A stretch of 64,000 nucleotides of DNA from Halobacteriovoraceae bacterium (GTDB lineage Bacteria > Bdellovibrionota > Bacteriovoracia > Bacteriovoracales > Bacteriovoracaceae), in NCBI GenBank assembly GCA_963719505.1, contig CAVRCF010000002.1:1-64000 (forward strand). The letters are read 5' to 3'. Made by a program: the position numbers and the translations under genes. Of the stretch, positions 50,396 through 59,907 are shown piece by piece (position 1 is the stretch's first letter; each line of letters starts with the position of its first letter). The notes under the pieces are model-generated. The model was not told the DNA's origin. It saw only the letters and a program-made list of their open reading frames with translations, and ran no database searches.

Positions 50396-50860
50396 CTATT
50401 GACACTTATATATTGATCTTTCTGAACCTTTTATTACTGTAAGATCTAGGGAACTATTTAAAATCATAACCTTCCTGTATTTTCGAGAAGGTCTATAAAC
50501 ATTGCGAGTGTTTTCAATTTGATAAAAAGCTGAACCATTTTCACATCTAGACTTAACAATTAAATTGTCTCCAAACGCTTCATTAGGGCCATAACTTTGA
50601 TCAATGTAATAATTGAAAGTTAATCTTTCATGCGAAGTGATCATATATTCATGCTGTGCTTTGTCTTCTATGATTTTTAAAATGAGACTCTTATCATTGA
50701 ATACTCTATCTTGTGTTTGTAAGTTGTACATCGGTAAGGGGGTTAATACTAAGCTTTTACTACCATTCGTATGAATGCATGTATACTCTTGCCTTGATAG
50801 GTTTGGGCAAGTTGAAGCTATAGCCGCGAAGCTCACTAAGATGAATACTAAAATTTTCAT
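50396..50860 (-). CDS. Secreted hypothetical protein
   Basis: SD AAGGA; signal peptide; CPNLS..Y.C N-terminal motif. Confidence 0.7.
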   Translation of the reverse strand: MKILVFILVSFAAIASTCPNLSRQEYTCIHTNGSKSLVLTPLPMYNLQTQDRVFNDKSLILKIIEDKAQHEYMITSHERLTFNYYIDQSYGPNEAFGDNLIVKSRCENGSAFYQIENTRNVYRPSRKYRKVMILNSSLDLTVIKGSERSIYKCQ

Positions 50861-50881
50861 TTTTATCCTTTTTTATTTATA

Positions 50882-51478
50882 TTAATTACAATTCAATGTA
50901 AGGGATTTTAATAACGTTTGTTTGACCTCTCGATATCTTTCTTGCTTGGATAGAGCTATTTGAAGATCTTGAATCTCATGTTTTATGGCATTTGTTTCTC
51001 GAGGGGTTAATATTAGGTTCTCATCTCTAATGGGAGGTTGTGAGAGCCGTATTCTTTCTTTATTCTTATTAATTCTAAGTAATAATGAAGCTTTGAGGTT
51101 ATCAATAATTTGGCTATTATCTACAAATCCTATCTCTATGGGGGACCTTAAAAAAAAACTTTTATTCTTAAACATCAATTTTTCCTTTAGTTCAAACGTA
51201 ATTTGATTATCTTCTACAATAAAGAAGTTGAGAGAGTAGGTATTTAAGTTTTTAGATATGTCATACTCAATTCTTGATCTTTTATCCGAGTAAGATTGAA
51301 AAATAGTAAAGTTGTTTAAATCACCGGAGGGAATATTTTCGATTAATAATCTCAGATCTCCACTCATTTCAACTCTCGCTCCATTTAACATATTAATCTG
51401 TGTCACTTCAGCATCAAGATGACAGCTTGTTCTAGCATCTAAAGAAAATAGAGTTAGAAATAAAAAAAATGTTTTCAT
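50882..51478 (-). CDS. Secreted hypothetical protein
   Basis: ATGA-coupled to 51475-52119; signal peptide; C-terminal coiled coil. Confidence 0.65.
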   Translation of the reverse strand: MKTFFLFLTLFSLDARTSCHLDAEVTQINMLNGARVEMSGDLRLLIENIPSGDLNNFTIFQSYSDKRSRIEYDISKNLNTYSLNFFIVEDNQITFELKEKLMFKNKSFFLRSPIEIGFVDNSQIIDNLKASLLLRINKNKERIRLSQPPIRDENLILTPRETNAIKHEIQDLQIALSKQERYREVKQTLLKSLTLNCN

Positions 51479-52119
51479 ATATTATCTCTTATGAAGTTAA
51501 CTAAAAAAAGGTGAGACTTTAACCTCGATAGCTGCTGATGATCTTCGGCTGGTGTTTGGCTTATAAGGCTGCGAATTTTGTAAAAATCCCATTTTAAGTT
51601 TGTGATAACCCCCATATTGACTATTTTGATGTCTGCATAGTCTGTTTCAATTAGCGATGGAATTGATAGTGATAAACTAGAATAATTTTGCATAAAAAAC
51701 TTTTTCTTTTTTATTGAAATTGGCAGACTGTAAGATTCATTACCTTTTGTAACTAAAATTTCAATCTTTATCGCTTTTCGCTTTTTATCTATCTTTTCAT
51801 TATGAGCTAAAAGACTACCGATCTTACATACCTCTTTTGGATTAACATAAAAATTAGTTGGGAAAACTACTTTTTCATTTCCCCCGATGATTTTTATCTT
51901 TGATATATATTTAAGATTTCTTGTTTTGTTCTTGAGTTTAATTAAGCTCTCACATAGCCTCAAGCCTTGATCATCATTTTTAAATCGGCTACTAATTGTT
52001 TCAACAATTTCTCCGTTCCTGTATAGGTTATTCTTTATGGAAGTCATGAAGTTCAAACTGAAGTGCTTTGCTGCAAATACGTTTGTTGATAATATTAAAA
52101 TAATACATAAATATTTCAT
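51475..52119 (-). CDS. Secreted basic hypothetical protein
   Basis: SD GGAG; signal peptide ending VFA. Confidence 0.65.
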   Translation of the reverse strand: MKYLCIILILSTNVFAAKHFSLNFMTSIKNNLYRNGEIVETISSRFKNDDQGLRLCESLIKLKNKTRNLKYISKIKIIGGNEKVVFPTNFYVNPKEVCKIGSLLAHNEKIDKKRKAIKIEILVTKGNESYSLPISIKKKKFFMQNYSSLSLSIPSLIETDYADIKIVNMGVITNLKWDFYKIRSLISQTPAEDHQQLSRLKSHLFLVNFIRDNI

Positions 52120-52130
52120 CTATTAGCTCC

Positions 52131-53330
52131 TTAGTTGAAAAATGAATAATACTTTAAGTTGTAGTCTATCGTTTCTTCGTCTACCCAAATTTGACCCTTT
52201 TCACACTCCCAATCTTTACTATAAGGAGAGCAAGTTTCACCCCAAGAGTTTCTAATGAGTAATTCACACTTATTAGTTTTCCTGTTTTTTCTAGAGCCTA
52301 TAACGATAGATGCGTGACCGCTGCATTTTTCTAGGGCCATAGTGTTAGTAGATCCTTTATGGGAAAACTTTTTATATCTCTTTCCTTTGAATAAAAAGTT
52401 TGCACAATAGCTAATTCCAACTGGTAAGTTAGACTCTAGTAGTCTCTGTGAGATGTCTTTTGTCATTTCTTTGGTTTCACTTCTTGTCAGAGTGGTTAAA
52501 TCGAAACTTGGAACCTGTTTTTTTGAGCTATCTTTGCAGGCTAGTCCTAAAAGATAAGATAGGTATTTAGGACTTTCTAAGCTATTGACTGAAAAATTTT
52601 TGAAAAATATATCTTTTTCAGGAAGTTTAATTCCCAGCTTTGAGTTAAGATATCTGTAGAGTTTTTCTTCAAATTTTTGCTGAATTACCGTCTTTTTACC
52701 TACAAAAGATGACCATGCTTCTCTGTCTTGCCTGTCTCTAATTGATCTAGAATTTTGATATATCGAATCAGAGCCAGGTGCTTGAAAATATATATCACTT
52801 CTAACTTGGTTGTATATTGCCCCATCAATTCGATCAATCTTTTCGATTCTATCTCTAAGTTTGATATCAAAGTTTCTCATTCCTTTTAGGACGCTACTAT
52901 AGCTAAAATTATCTTGAAGAACGTTGAATAGTTCGTCTACTGATCTTTTGTCACATGTTCCAATTTCTCGTAGCTCTAATAATGTATAGTTTAATAGACC
53001 TCCTTCGAATTGGAAAGAATCACTTGCAGAATAGTCTTTTTTCCATTGGTCTCGCTCTAATGATATTGCTGTAAAGAGAGGTGAAGTGTTTGATACTTTG
53101 TTGTGGATACCTTTATTTATATTATCTAAATTAATCTTTGCATCAATCATTTGATTTGCAGTATGGGCATAGCAGATACCTAGTTTTTTTTGATCAGTCA
53201 TTTTCATGTTCTTTACAGGAAGTTTTGCATACTTCATACCCTCCTGGTACTTATCAAGTCTTATGTTGTCACATGCAGAAGCTTTGAGGGTAAACAATAG
53301 AGCTATAAATATTACACAAGTCGCTTTCAT
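52131..53330 (-). CDS. Secreted papain-family (C1) cysteine peptidase
   Basis: TDQKKLGICYAHTA, FEGG, PVGISYC, GHASIVIG, LIRNSWG, GQIWV. Confidence 0.8.
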   Translation of the reverse strand: MKATCVIFIALLFTLKASACDNIRLDKYQEGMKYAKLPVKNMKMTDQKKLGICYAHTANQMIDAKINLDNINKGIHNKVSNTSPLFTAISLERDQWKKDYSASDSFQFEGGLLNYTLLELREIGTCDKRSVDELFNVLQDNFSYSSVLKGMRNFDIKLRDRIEKIDRIDGAIYNQVRSDIYFQAPGSDSIYQNSRSIRDRQDREAWSSFVGKKTVIQQKFEEKLYRYLNSKLGIKLPEKDIFFKNFSVNSLESPKYLSYLLGLACKDSSKKQVPSFDLTTLTRSETKEMTKDISQRLLESNLPVGISYCANFLFKGKRYKKFSHKGSTNTMALEKCSGHASIVIGSRKNRKTNKCELLIRNSWGETCSPYSKDWECEKGQIWVDEETIDYNLKYYSFFN

Positions 53331-53459
53331 ATCTTTCCTTTTTTAGTATTACTTAAATATACCAATATTTTACTTTATTCCCATAACGGGTGAAAACATT
53401 ACAATAGTGTCGATTTATTAGACACTTTTTTAAAAGCATTAGATTGCGAAAGGATAAAA

Positions 53460-53807
53460 ATGTTAAAATATTCAATTTTCTTATTAATACTTAGTTTTTC
53501 AGCCTGGTCTGGCTGTAAAGATATATTGAGTAAATCTCACACTGTTAACGCTAGAGTTTTTGAGTTTTCTGAATCAGATTTAGTACTTGAAGATAGTTGG
53601 TCAAAAAATTTGTTAAGTCACTTATTACTCGATGAGCTTTCATGTGACGAGGCAGAGTTCAAATATAATAGAGAAAACCTTAATTGTTTAGATGCAAAAA
53701 GCACCTCTATATGTGAGTATCAGGATCCTAAGCTTGGTTACTTTGTAATAGTAACAGGGAGTTTTGGTCATTATGAATACAGAATTATTTGGTCTCGATG
53801 GGATTAA
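53460..53807 (+). CDS. Small secreted Cys-containing hypothetical protein
   Basis: SD AAGGA; signal peptide; ends GYFVIV..IIWSRWD. Confidence 0.7.
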   Translation: MLKYSIFLLILSFSAWSGCKDILSKSHTVNARVFEFSESDLVLEDSWSKNLLSHLLLDELSCDEAEFKYNRENLNCLDAKSTSICEYQDPKLGYFVIVTGSFGHYEYRIIWSRWD

Positions 53808-53841
53808 GTATTTATTAAAAACCCTTTAAATATTCAGATAA

Positions 53842-53870
53842 TTGCCTTATAGATACAGAGTGGGTAGTAT
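53842..53870 (+). promoter_or_regulatory. Sigma70-like promoter giving a probably leaderless tetR mRNA
   Basis: TTGCCT-N17-TAGTAT, ATG 7 nt downstream, no SD. Confidence 0.55.
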
Positions 53871-53877
53871 TTATATT

Positions 53878-54453
53878 ATGGGAAAAAAGGGTGAAAACAG
53901 GAAAAAGTCAATCTTAGATGCTGCATTGTTACTTGTAGGTGATATTGGCTTTGAGTCTGTTACCTTCCAGATGATAGCGGACAGGTTGAGAATAACTCAG
54001 CCTAATATTTTTTACTACTTTCCCACAAAAGATGCTCTCTTTTTTAATCTTATTGAGACTGTTTTGACATCAAGCCGACAGGCCAGTACGCCACAAAATT
54101 TAAATTTTAATGATAGTATTAGGTACCTTATTGTTGAGAGCTTAAATTGGGCGCGCGCAAGCTCTGACTCTGCTAAAGTCATTGTTCTTTTGAATTCAAA
54201 AGCGTGTTATGATGAGAAGTACTCGGAAATCTTTGCAAGAGTTACTAGAAATGGTGCAAGACGGGTGCAAGATGAAATTATAAAAGAATTTGGCTCTCTA
54301 AGTGAAGAGCAAGAAAGATTCTCTTATATTCTGCAAAAATTTTCTTTTTCGTCCCTTATTTATCTTTCAACTACTAAAGGTGAGGCTCATATAAACCTAC
54401 GCGTAGAAATTGAAAAACAACTTGAAGATCTAATCTCTTTTTTTCCTACTTAA
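53878..54453 (+). CDS. TetR/AcrR-family transcriptional regulator
   Basis: RKKSILDAALLL..GFESVTFQMIADRL..QPNIFYYFPTKDALF; start ATG 53878. Confidence 0.92.
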   Translation: MGKKGENRKKSILDAALLLVGDIGFESVTFQMIADRLRITQPNIFYYFPTKDALFFNLIETVLTSSRQASTPQNLNFNDSIRYLIVESLNWARASSDSAKVIVLLNSKACYDEKYSEIFARVTRNGARRVQDEIIKEFGSLSEEQERFSYILQKFSFSSLIYLSTTKGEAHINLRVEIEKQLEDLISFFPT

Positions 54454-54525
54454 CTATGTCAAAAATTCATACAATCTTTTAATTTAATTAATTTAGTGTT
54501 ACTAAGTTTCAACAAGGAGATTACT

Positions 54526-54930
54526 ATGAAAAAAATTATTTTACTTACCCTGCTTACCTCAAATTTTGTCTTTGCTAGTAATGTTGCAAATCTTATTACT
54601 TGTACAAGTGCAAACGGCTACAACGTTGACACTCTTACGGTATCTTATAATGATAGAAGTAGCGCTCTTGAGGTTGAAGTTACTCATCTAGACGAAAGTA
54701 TAGAGGTTTATGATATACCTTCCTCGTTGGATTTTGCTGAAATGTCTCTTCAGCTGATGGAATTAGATCTGCATCTCGGTATATCTAATATGGTCTACGG
54801 AACTCGTGAGGCTCTTGAGCTAGAAGTCTCAATCGTTGGTGATGTTGGTTATGCAAAGAGTTCATTGGAAGACCAGTACCTAGATTGTGAATGGTCTGAC
54901 GAAATCTTGGAATGGTACGAAGAGCTTTAG
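54526..54930 (+). CDS. Secreted acidic hypothetical protein
   Basis: SD AAGGAG before MKKIILL at 54526; signal peptide. Confidence 0.72.
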   Translation: MKKIILLTLLTSNFVFASNVANLITCTSANGYNVDTLTVSYNDRSSALEVEVTHLDESIEVYDIPSSLDFAEMSLQLMELDLHLGISNMVYGTREALELEVSIVGDVGYAKSSLEDQYLDCEWSDEILEWYEEL

Positions 54931-54941
54931 ATTTTTCAATG

Positions 54942-54964
54942 AGTCCACTTCAGTTAAGTGGACT
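54942..54964. terminator. Hairpin between convergent genes
   Basis: AGTCCACTT-CAGTT-AAGTGGACT. Confidence 0.6.
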
Positions 54965-55569
54965 TATTGTTTATTAACTTGAGCTTCTTGAGATAATCTT
55001 TTAATAACTTTAAGTCCTCTGGAATTTACAGATTCTGGAGGTGAAAAATACAAATTACATTTCTCTATTTTGTACCTAGACAACTGTACTTCACAAGACC
55101 TTGTATTTTCAGTATTTGAACTAGTTCTTAGTATTGACTTACACGAATCTTGGTCTATTTGGATAAGGTTATTACCAACCTTAACCCTGATTTGCTTTGG
55201 TTGACATGTAGTCTTATTTATAGTGATAAAGGTGTTGGAATCGTGACCCATCAAATCTTTGGTAGTTGCAGAAACTTTTATTTCATTCTCATATACTTTT
55301 CCAGAAAAAATATCCCTCGGTTTTCGGTTGATCTCAAAGGAGTTATTTTCTCTTTGAAACTTTGTCGATTCGTCAAGTTTCGTATAGGTTACATCGCTAA
55401 TTGGTTCGAATTTATAGTCCGATCCAGTTCTGGTTTTCTTTATCAAGCCCAACGGTTGCCATGCCTCAGTGTATCTCCTCATGAGTAACTCATTAGAGCA
55501 AGAAGTTGATTCAGCTGAAGCAGCCGAAAAACTTGAAATGATGAATAGCAAATGAATGTATTTGAACAT
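54964..55569 (-). CDS. Secreted hypothetical protein
   Basis: SD AAGGAG; signal peptide; several Cys. Confidence 0.72.
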   Translation of the reverse strand: MFKYIHLLFIISSFSAASAESTSCSNELLMRRYTEAWQPLGLIKKTRTGSDYKFEPISDVTYTKLDESTKFQRENNSFEINRKPRDIFSGKVYENEIKVSATTKDLMGHDSNTFITINKTTCQPKQIRVKVGNNLIQIDQDSCKSILRTSSNTENTRSCEVQLSRYKIEKCNLYFSPPESVNSRGLKVIKRLSQEAQVNKQ

Positions 55570-55590
55570 ATTATCTCCTTGGTTTTTAAC

Positions 55591-55617
55591 TTATCGTCTA
55601 ATGTTTAAATTAGTTTA
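55591..55617 (-). promoter_or_regulatory. Sigma28-like promoter
   Basis: Minus strand TAAA-N15-GACGATAA. Confidence 0.65.
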
Positions 55618-55663
55618 ATTTATTTTTATGTAATTATAGTAGTGTTTTAATGGAGCAAATTAT

Positions 55664-56371
55664 ATGGGTATTAAAAGAGTATTAATTGTCGGTGGAACAA
55701 AAGGTTTGGGTTTAAGTTTGAGTGAAGAGTATAGGCGGGGTGGTCATGAGGTCGTTATTTTAGGGGCTTCGTGTCAAGAATCTTTGAGTTCGATAAAGTG
55801 TGATATTTCGAGCTCTGATGATCTCTTTCTTTTAAAAACTCGACTTCAGAGAGAGGGTAAATTTGATATTATTCACCTTAATTCTGCAGTAGCATTTATC
55901 AGTAAGGACTCAATAAACTTTGAGCATATTTACAAAATGATTGATATTAATTTAATGGGGACTCTCAAAGTATTAGAGATACTTATTTCTGTTTATAAAG
56001 GTCAATTCCATATAGTGTTTACATCCAGTGTTACTTCTTTTAGAGGTTATTTTAATGTCGCAGATGGAAGTGCATCTAAGTCATTTATGAGTAACTTTAT
56101 TGAGTCAAATTCAGAACGGTTCAAGAAACAAGGTATATTTTACTCGATCATATATCCTGCATATATAGAGACTAGGCTGAGTAACCAGGAAGCTAATCAA
56201 AAGCCCTTTATTATGGGCCCTGATGCAATGTCGAAGTATGTGGTTAGAAAGGTTTTGAAAGGGGACGTATCAATTATGCCCCAAAGGGGAGCATTCTACT
56301 TAGCGAAATTACTTTCACTTTTTAGCTACGAGATTTATTTTAAGGTTTTGAAGTACTGTCTTGGTAAGTAA
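55664..56371 (+). CDS. Short-chain dehydrogenase/reductase (SDR)
   Basis: LIVGGTKGLG Rossmann motif, CDIS, INLMG, TSSV, SASK (catalytic Tyr replaced by Gly), PAYIET. Confidence 0.82.
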   Translation: MGIKRVLIVGGTKGLGLSLSEEYRRGGHEVVILGASCQESLSSIKCDISSSDDLFLLKTRLQREGKFDIIHLNSAVAFISKDSINFEHIYKMIDINLMGTLKVLEILISVYKGQFHIVFTSSVTSFRGYFNVADGSASKSFMSNFIESNSERFKKQGIFYSIIYPAYIETRLSNQEANQKPFIMGPDAMSKYVVRKVLKGDVSIMPQRGAFYLAKLLSLFSYEIYFKVLKYCLGK

Positions 56372-56467
56372 GGCTTTTGACTTTTAAAGTATGTAGAAAT
56401 TACAGTTTTACTTACTGCGTTAGCTAGTCGTGATACTTTAGTATTACTATAAAAGTAAGGAGTCAAG

Positions 56468-56935
56468 ATGAGTTTAATTTTTAGAGTGTTTTTATTGTTA
56501 TCTTTTTCAATGGTCATCGTGGGTTGTGATATAGAGGACTCGCTAACTAACTATGAAGTTCTGGCAGCCTCATCAAGCTACACTTCTGAGAAAGTTGATG
56601 ATTATCATGTAGACTTCCATATAATTAGGAATCGACCCTATCGAGAACCTTTGACGATTACTTACCTGGTTTCGATTCAGGACACTCACACTGCAGAGAT
56701 CGAAGAGTTCTCATTTGATCAAATTAACGCTGATATTGACTACTTATATGGTTTGCCAAAGACTATTGAATTGTTCGACTCCAGAACGAAAGCTAGTTTA
56801 AAGGGGATTTTTGATCATACAACCACCGAGACAAGGGGTGGAGACGGTTACAGTGTCAGAATACACAAGGGAAAATTAACTCTGGATAGAGGAGCACTTA
56901 AGCCAAAAATTACAATTTGGGTTCAAACTAAATAA
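56468..56935 (+). CDS. Hypothetical lipoprotein
   Basis: SD AAGGAG; lipobox IVGC. Confidence 0.72.
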   Translation: MSLIFRVFLLLSFSMVIVGCDIEDSLTNYEVLAASSSYTSEKVDDYHVDFHIIRNRPYREPLTITYLVSIQDTHTAEIEEFSFDQINADIDYLYGLPKTIELFDSRTKASLKGIFDHTTTETRGGDGYSVRIHKGKLTLDRGALKPKITIWVQTK

Positions 56936-56972
56936 ATTAATCCTAAAAAAGAACTTTATCTTTCAAATAGTC

Positions 56973-56999
56973 TAAAGAATTCTTCGCATTAACCGATAA
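56973..56999 (+). promoter_or_regulatory. Sigma28-like promoter
   Basis: TAAA-N15-ACCGATAA. Confidence 0.7.
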
Positions 57000-57025
57000 G
57001 TACACATTGTTAATGCGGAGGTTTT

Positions 57026-58339
57026 ATTACAAAGCTACTACTTACCATTTTAGGACTAACTTTATCTATTATTTCTTATTCAAAGGAATATATCTCCAAA
57101 TATAATATCTCAGACGTCAAGAGTTCGATTTTAAAGAATTATGCCGTTCAAACTCCTTTGTGTAGAGATAGGGTAGAGTTGTTTTTAGATTCTGTTGATG
57201 AACTAGAAAGTGAGAATATTGTATACTCTCAATCTAGGGAGGTGGGGGCGGGCACCTTTGATTGTTCAAGTGCAGCTAAATGTATCTGGAATAAGTTCAG
57301 TGCTAAAAACAAGTCATTGAATACATATGGCATGAACACCTCTTCACAAATGATAGAGAAGGCTCACAGTAATTCTTCGTTAACTATAATAGGTCAAACT
57401 AAACAAAAAGTTGGTTCTAATACTTACACTGGTTTTGAAACTAAAATTGGATCAACTATTGCATATCAGGGAAGTAGTGGAGGGCATGTTTTCATAATGG
57501 TCGATCCGGCCAATTGTATTGCCTTCAATGTCTCTGTGGATCACGATTCATCAAAATCTTCTTATCAAGGCTACGTAGATAAGGCCAATAAGAATGATTC
57601 ATCAAAGCTAATTAAAATAAAAGGATGCAGTAATGGATTTGTTTACGCTTTTAACAAAACAAACTCTGGAAATGGACATTTTTTTGGAGCTAAGTCAGCG
57701 CCAGGCGGAGACATTGTCTCAAGCATTGTAAACTTCATTCCAACATCTCTCGATGAGTGCTTAAAAAAAGTTGCCGATGATCATTGTGAAGACTGTAAGC
57801 CTTCCTTGAGGGGGCATGAAACGAGCAATATAGACAATCTTAGTACCAATATAGAAAATATAATCTCTAATTCAGGATCAAAATCTTATAAAGTGAAGGC
57901 TGGAGATACGATGTATTCACTTTCTCGTAAATTTGGCTTCAAGAAGACTGAAGATTTTATGAATGAGGTTGGAAAAAAAAGTAATAACTTATCTGCTGGA
58001 GAACTTTTAATCTTTAAAAGTGCTGAGAGCTCAGTTGATCCAGAAAAAGATGATTCTTGGATGAATAGACCGATTGGTATAGCAAGCAATTCTAGAAAGC
58101 CATCCGAATCACCGTCTAAGGTTTATGTAAGTGGTGTTGAATTTGATGAGGTTATACCGGACACTCTTGCAGATGGATTGACCCAAAATGCGTCTAATTG
58201 CTCAAAAATGTGTATTAATAGCTATCTTGGTGTTTGTGTTAGGGAGTCTTCAAGGAGCCAGACAAGGTCTCAAAAATATTCTTTATGTGTAAGAACTGAT
58301 AGTGATAGGTTTTTATTTGTTGATGAAAGGGAGTTGTGA
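57026..58339 (+). CDS. Secreted NlpC/P60-like peptidoglycan peptidase with LysM and shared Cys-rich C-terminal domain; probable ATT start
   Basis: Frame extends to ATT 57026 after GGAGG, giving signal peptide TKLLLTILGLTLSIISYS; YSQ..FDCSS, GHVFIMV; LysM YKVKAGDTMYSLSRKFG. Confidence 0.72.
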   Translation: MTKLLLTILGLTLSIISYSKEYISKYNISDVKSSILKNYAVQTPLCRDRVELFLDSVDELESENIVYSQSREVGAGTFDCSSAAKCIWNKFSAKNKSLNTYGMNTSSQMIEKAHSNSSLTIIGQTKQKVGSNTYTGFETKIGSTIAYQGSSGGHVFIMVDPANCIAFNVSVDHDSSKSSYQGYVDKANKNDSSKLIKIKGCSNGFVYAFNKTNSGNGHFFGAKSAPGGDIVSSIVNFIPTSLDECLKKVADDHCEDCKPSLRGHETSNIDNLSTNIENIISNSGSKSYKVKAGDTMYSLSRKFGFKKTEDFMNEVGKKSNNLSAGELLIFKSAESSVDPEKDDSWMNRPIGIASNSRKPSESPSKVYVSGVEFDEVIPDTLADGLTQNASNCSKMCINSYLGVCVRESSRSQTRSQKYSLCVRTDSDRFLFVDEREL

Positions 58340-59907
58340 TGAGGACATTAATAGTGATGATTTTTTTTAGCCTCATTGTTGTTGCTGGAGAGTATTCACA
58401 TATTGAGTACGTGGTAAAGAGTGGTGACACACTTTACAGTTTGAAAAATAAACTGGGATTCGGAAGTGTGAATTTGTTAAGGAGTGCCATGAATCCAACG
58501 CCTAATTCTGATTCAATAAAAGTGGGGGATGTTTACATTATAAAGCTCGATTATGATGCAGACGCAGACTTAAAGAGTGTAGTGCACTTATCCACCAAAT
58601 CCTTTCTAGAAATTGATCCAACCAATGATTTGGTAGGTAAATCATGTGTGTCTAATAATAATTCTCCAAATAATCATGAAGTTTCCGGTTTTTATGTCAA
58701 ACCCAGACAGTTTGTTGGAGGCGGATGCAACTTTTATCCAACCAGTGTCAGCGACATAAGTCTAAGAGATGTGATTGCGCAGCTAATAGTGTCTACGTCT
58801 AAGGACAAGAAGTATAAAGAAAACGCTTCAGCATCACAAGACCTTGCTACTCAGATTGTGATAATGTCAAAATATGCAGGAGTTGATCCCAGAGTAATAT
58901 CAGCGCTTATTCTCAAGGAGAGTTTTTTTGTAGATGCCGCAACGGCTCAAATGCAATTCTCTATTGGTAAAACAACAGGTATGGGGCAAGTGAGTTCTGA
59001 TATACAATCCCAAGTTAAAAATCTACCCAATACTGAGGTCCTTCTCAATCAAGTCAAATCAGAGCTAGGTAATTTAAAAATTAATTACGATGTCTTTAAT
59101 TCTATTATGGCTTTCAAAATAAAAGAGGCAGATATTTTAGATGCTAGCCCTTCCAGAGCTTTTTATTTAAAGAAATATAGTTCGTCAGATGAATCCATAT
59201 TTGGTCGCTTTAATGGAACAAATGAATTGAAAGTTGATTGCAATTCAGATCACTTAGTGGGAGCCACAATAGGTTCATACAACGCAAATAAAGAAGTCCT
59301 TCAAGGTGGGAGCGAAAAATTTTCGCGTGCTGCTTTTTACACTCATGATGTTTTAAGCGTAGCTCAAGGTTTAATGGGATATCCATACTCCCCAGAGAAT
59401 GTTTTTAAAAGGGATAAAATTCCAATATTGAAAAATGTGAAAAGGCTTTCTGGAGATTTTGAATCTAGTAAATACATTGAAACCTCTAGTCTTGTATTAA
59501 AACCTGCAACACCTAAAAATAAAATAAAGAATGATTTAAAATCAGTCAGTAAAAATAATGATTCTGAACAAAATAATGCTTGGATGCATAAACCTATAGT
59601 TGATTCTAGAAAAGATGATTCTTGGATGCATAGGCCTATAGTTGACTCAAAAAACTTTAACGACGGCTCAGTTCGTGTGATGGTCGGGCGGGAAAATCTT
59701 GAGATTGTTGAGGGGGACGACTTGATGGAGGGGCTAGCTGTCTATCAGAAGGCGGATGACTGTCAGAGTCAATGCTATAATAGATTTATGGGGAGATGTG
59801 TTGATGTATCTTCTCGATTTAATTCTTCACATGTACAGGTTGGCATTAATAAGTATGGCTATTGTAGAAAAACAAACTCAGGCTTCTTTGTTTTTACCAA
59901 AGATTGA
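58336..59907 (+). CDS. Secreted LysM + lytic transglycosylase (SLT-like) protein with shared Cys-rich C-terminal domain
   Basis: Start overlaps the upstream stop; signal peptide; YVVKSGDTLYSL (LysM); GVDPRVISALILKES (catalytic Glu), GMGQV, SYNA. Confidence 0.72.
   Translation: MMRTLIVMIFFSLIVVAGEYSHIEYVVKSGDTLYSLKNKLGFGSVNLLRSAMNPTPNSDSIKVGDVYIIKLDYDADADLKSVVHLSTKSFLEIDPTNDLVGKSCVSNNNSPNNHEVSGFYVKPRQFVGGGCNFYPTSVSDISLRDVIAQLIVSTSKDKKYKENASASQDLATQIVIMSKYAGVDPRVISALILKESFFVDAATAQMQFSIGKTTGMGQVSSDIQSQVKNLPNTEVLLNQVKSELGNLKINYDVFNSIMAFKIKEADILDASPSRAFYLKKYSSSDESIFGRFNGTNELKVDCNSDHLVGATIGSYNANKEVLQGGSEKFSRAAFYTHDVLSVAQGLMGYPYSPENVFKRDKIPILKNVKRLSGDFESSKYIETSSLVLKPATPKNKIKNDLKSVSKNNDSEQNNAWMHKPIVDSRKDDSWMHRPIVDSKNFNDGSVRVMVGRENLEIVEGDDLMEGLAVYQKADDCQSQCYNRFMGRCVDVSSRFNSSHVQVGINKYGYCRKTNSGFFVFTKD
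59572..59649 (+). repeat. Imperfect 42-bp (14-aa) tandem repeat encoding WMHKPIVDS / WMHRPIVDS
   Basis: TGGATGCATA at 59581 and 59623; related sequence AAAAGATGATTCTTGGATG also in the upstream gene near 58045. Confidence 0.8.

Noticed and set aside
59572-59649. Possible CRISPR-like repeat
   Set aside because: Only two in-frame coding units, no spacers, no cas genes
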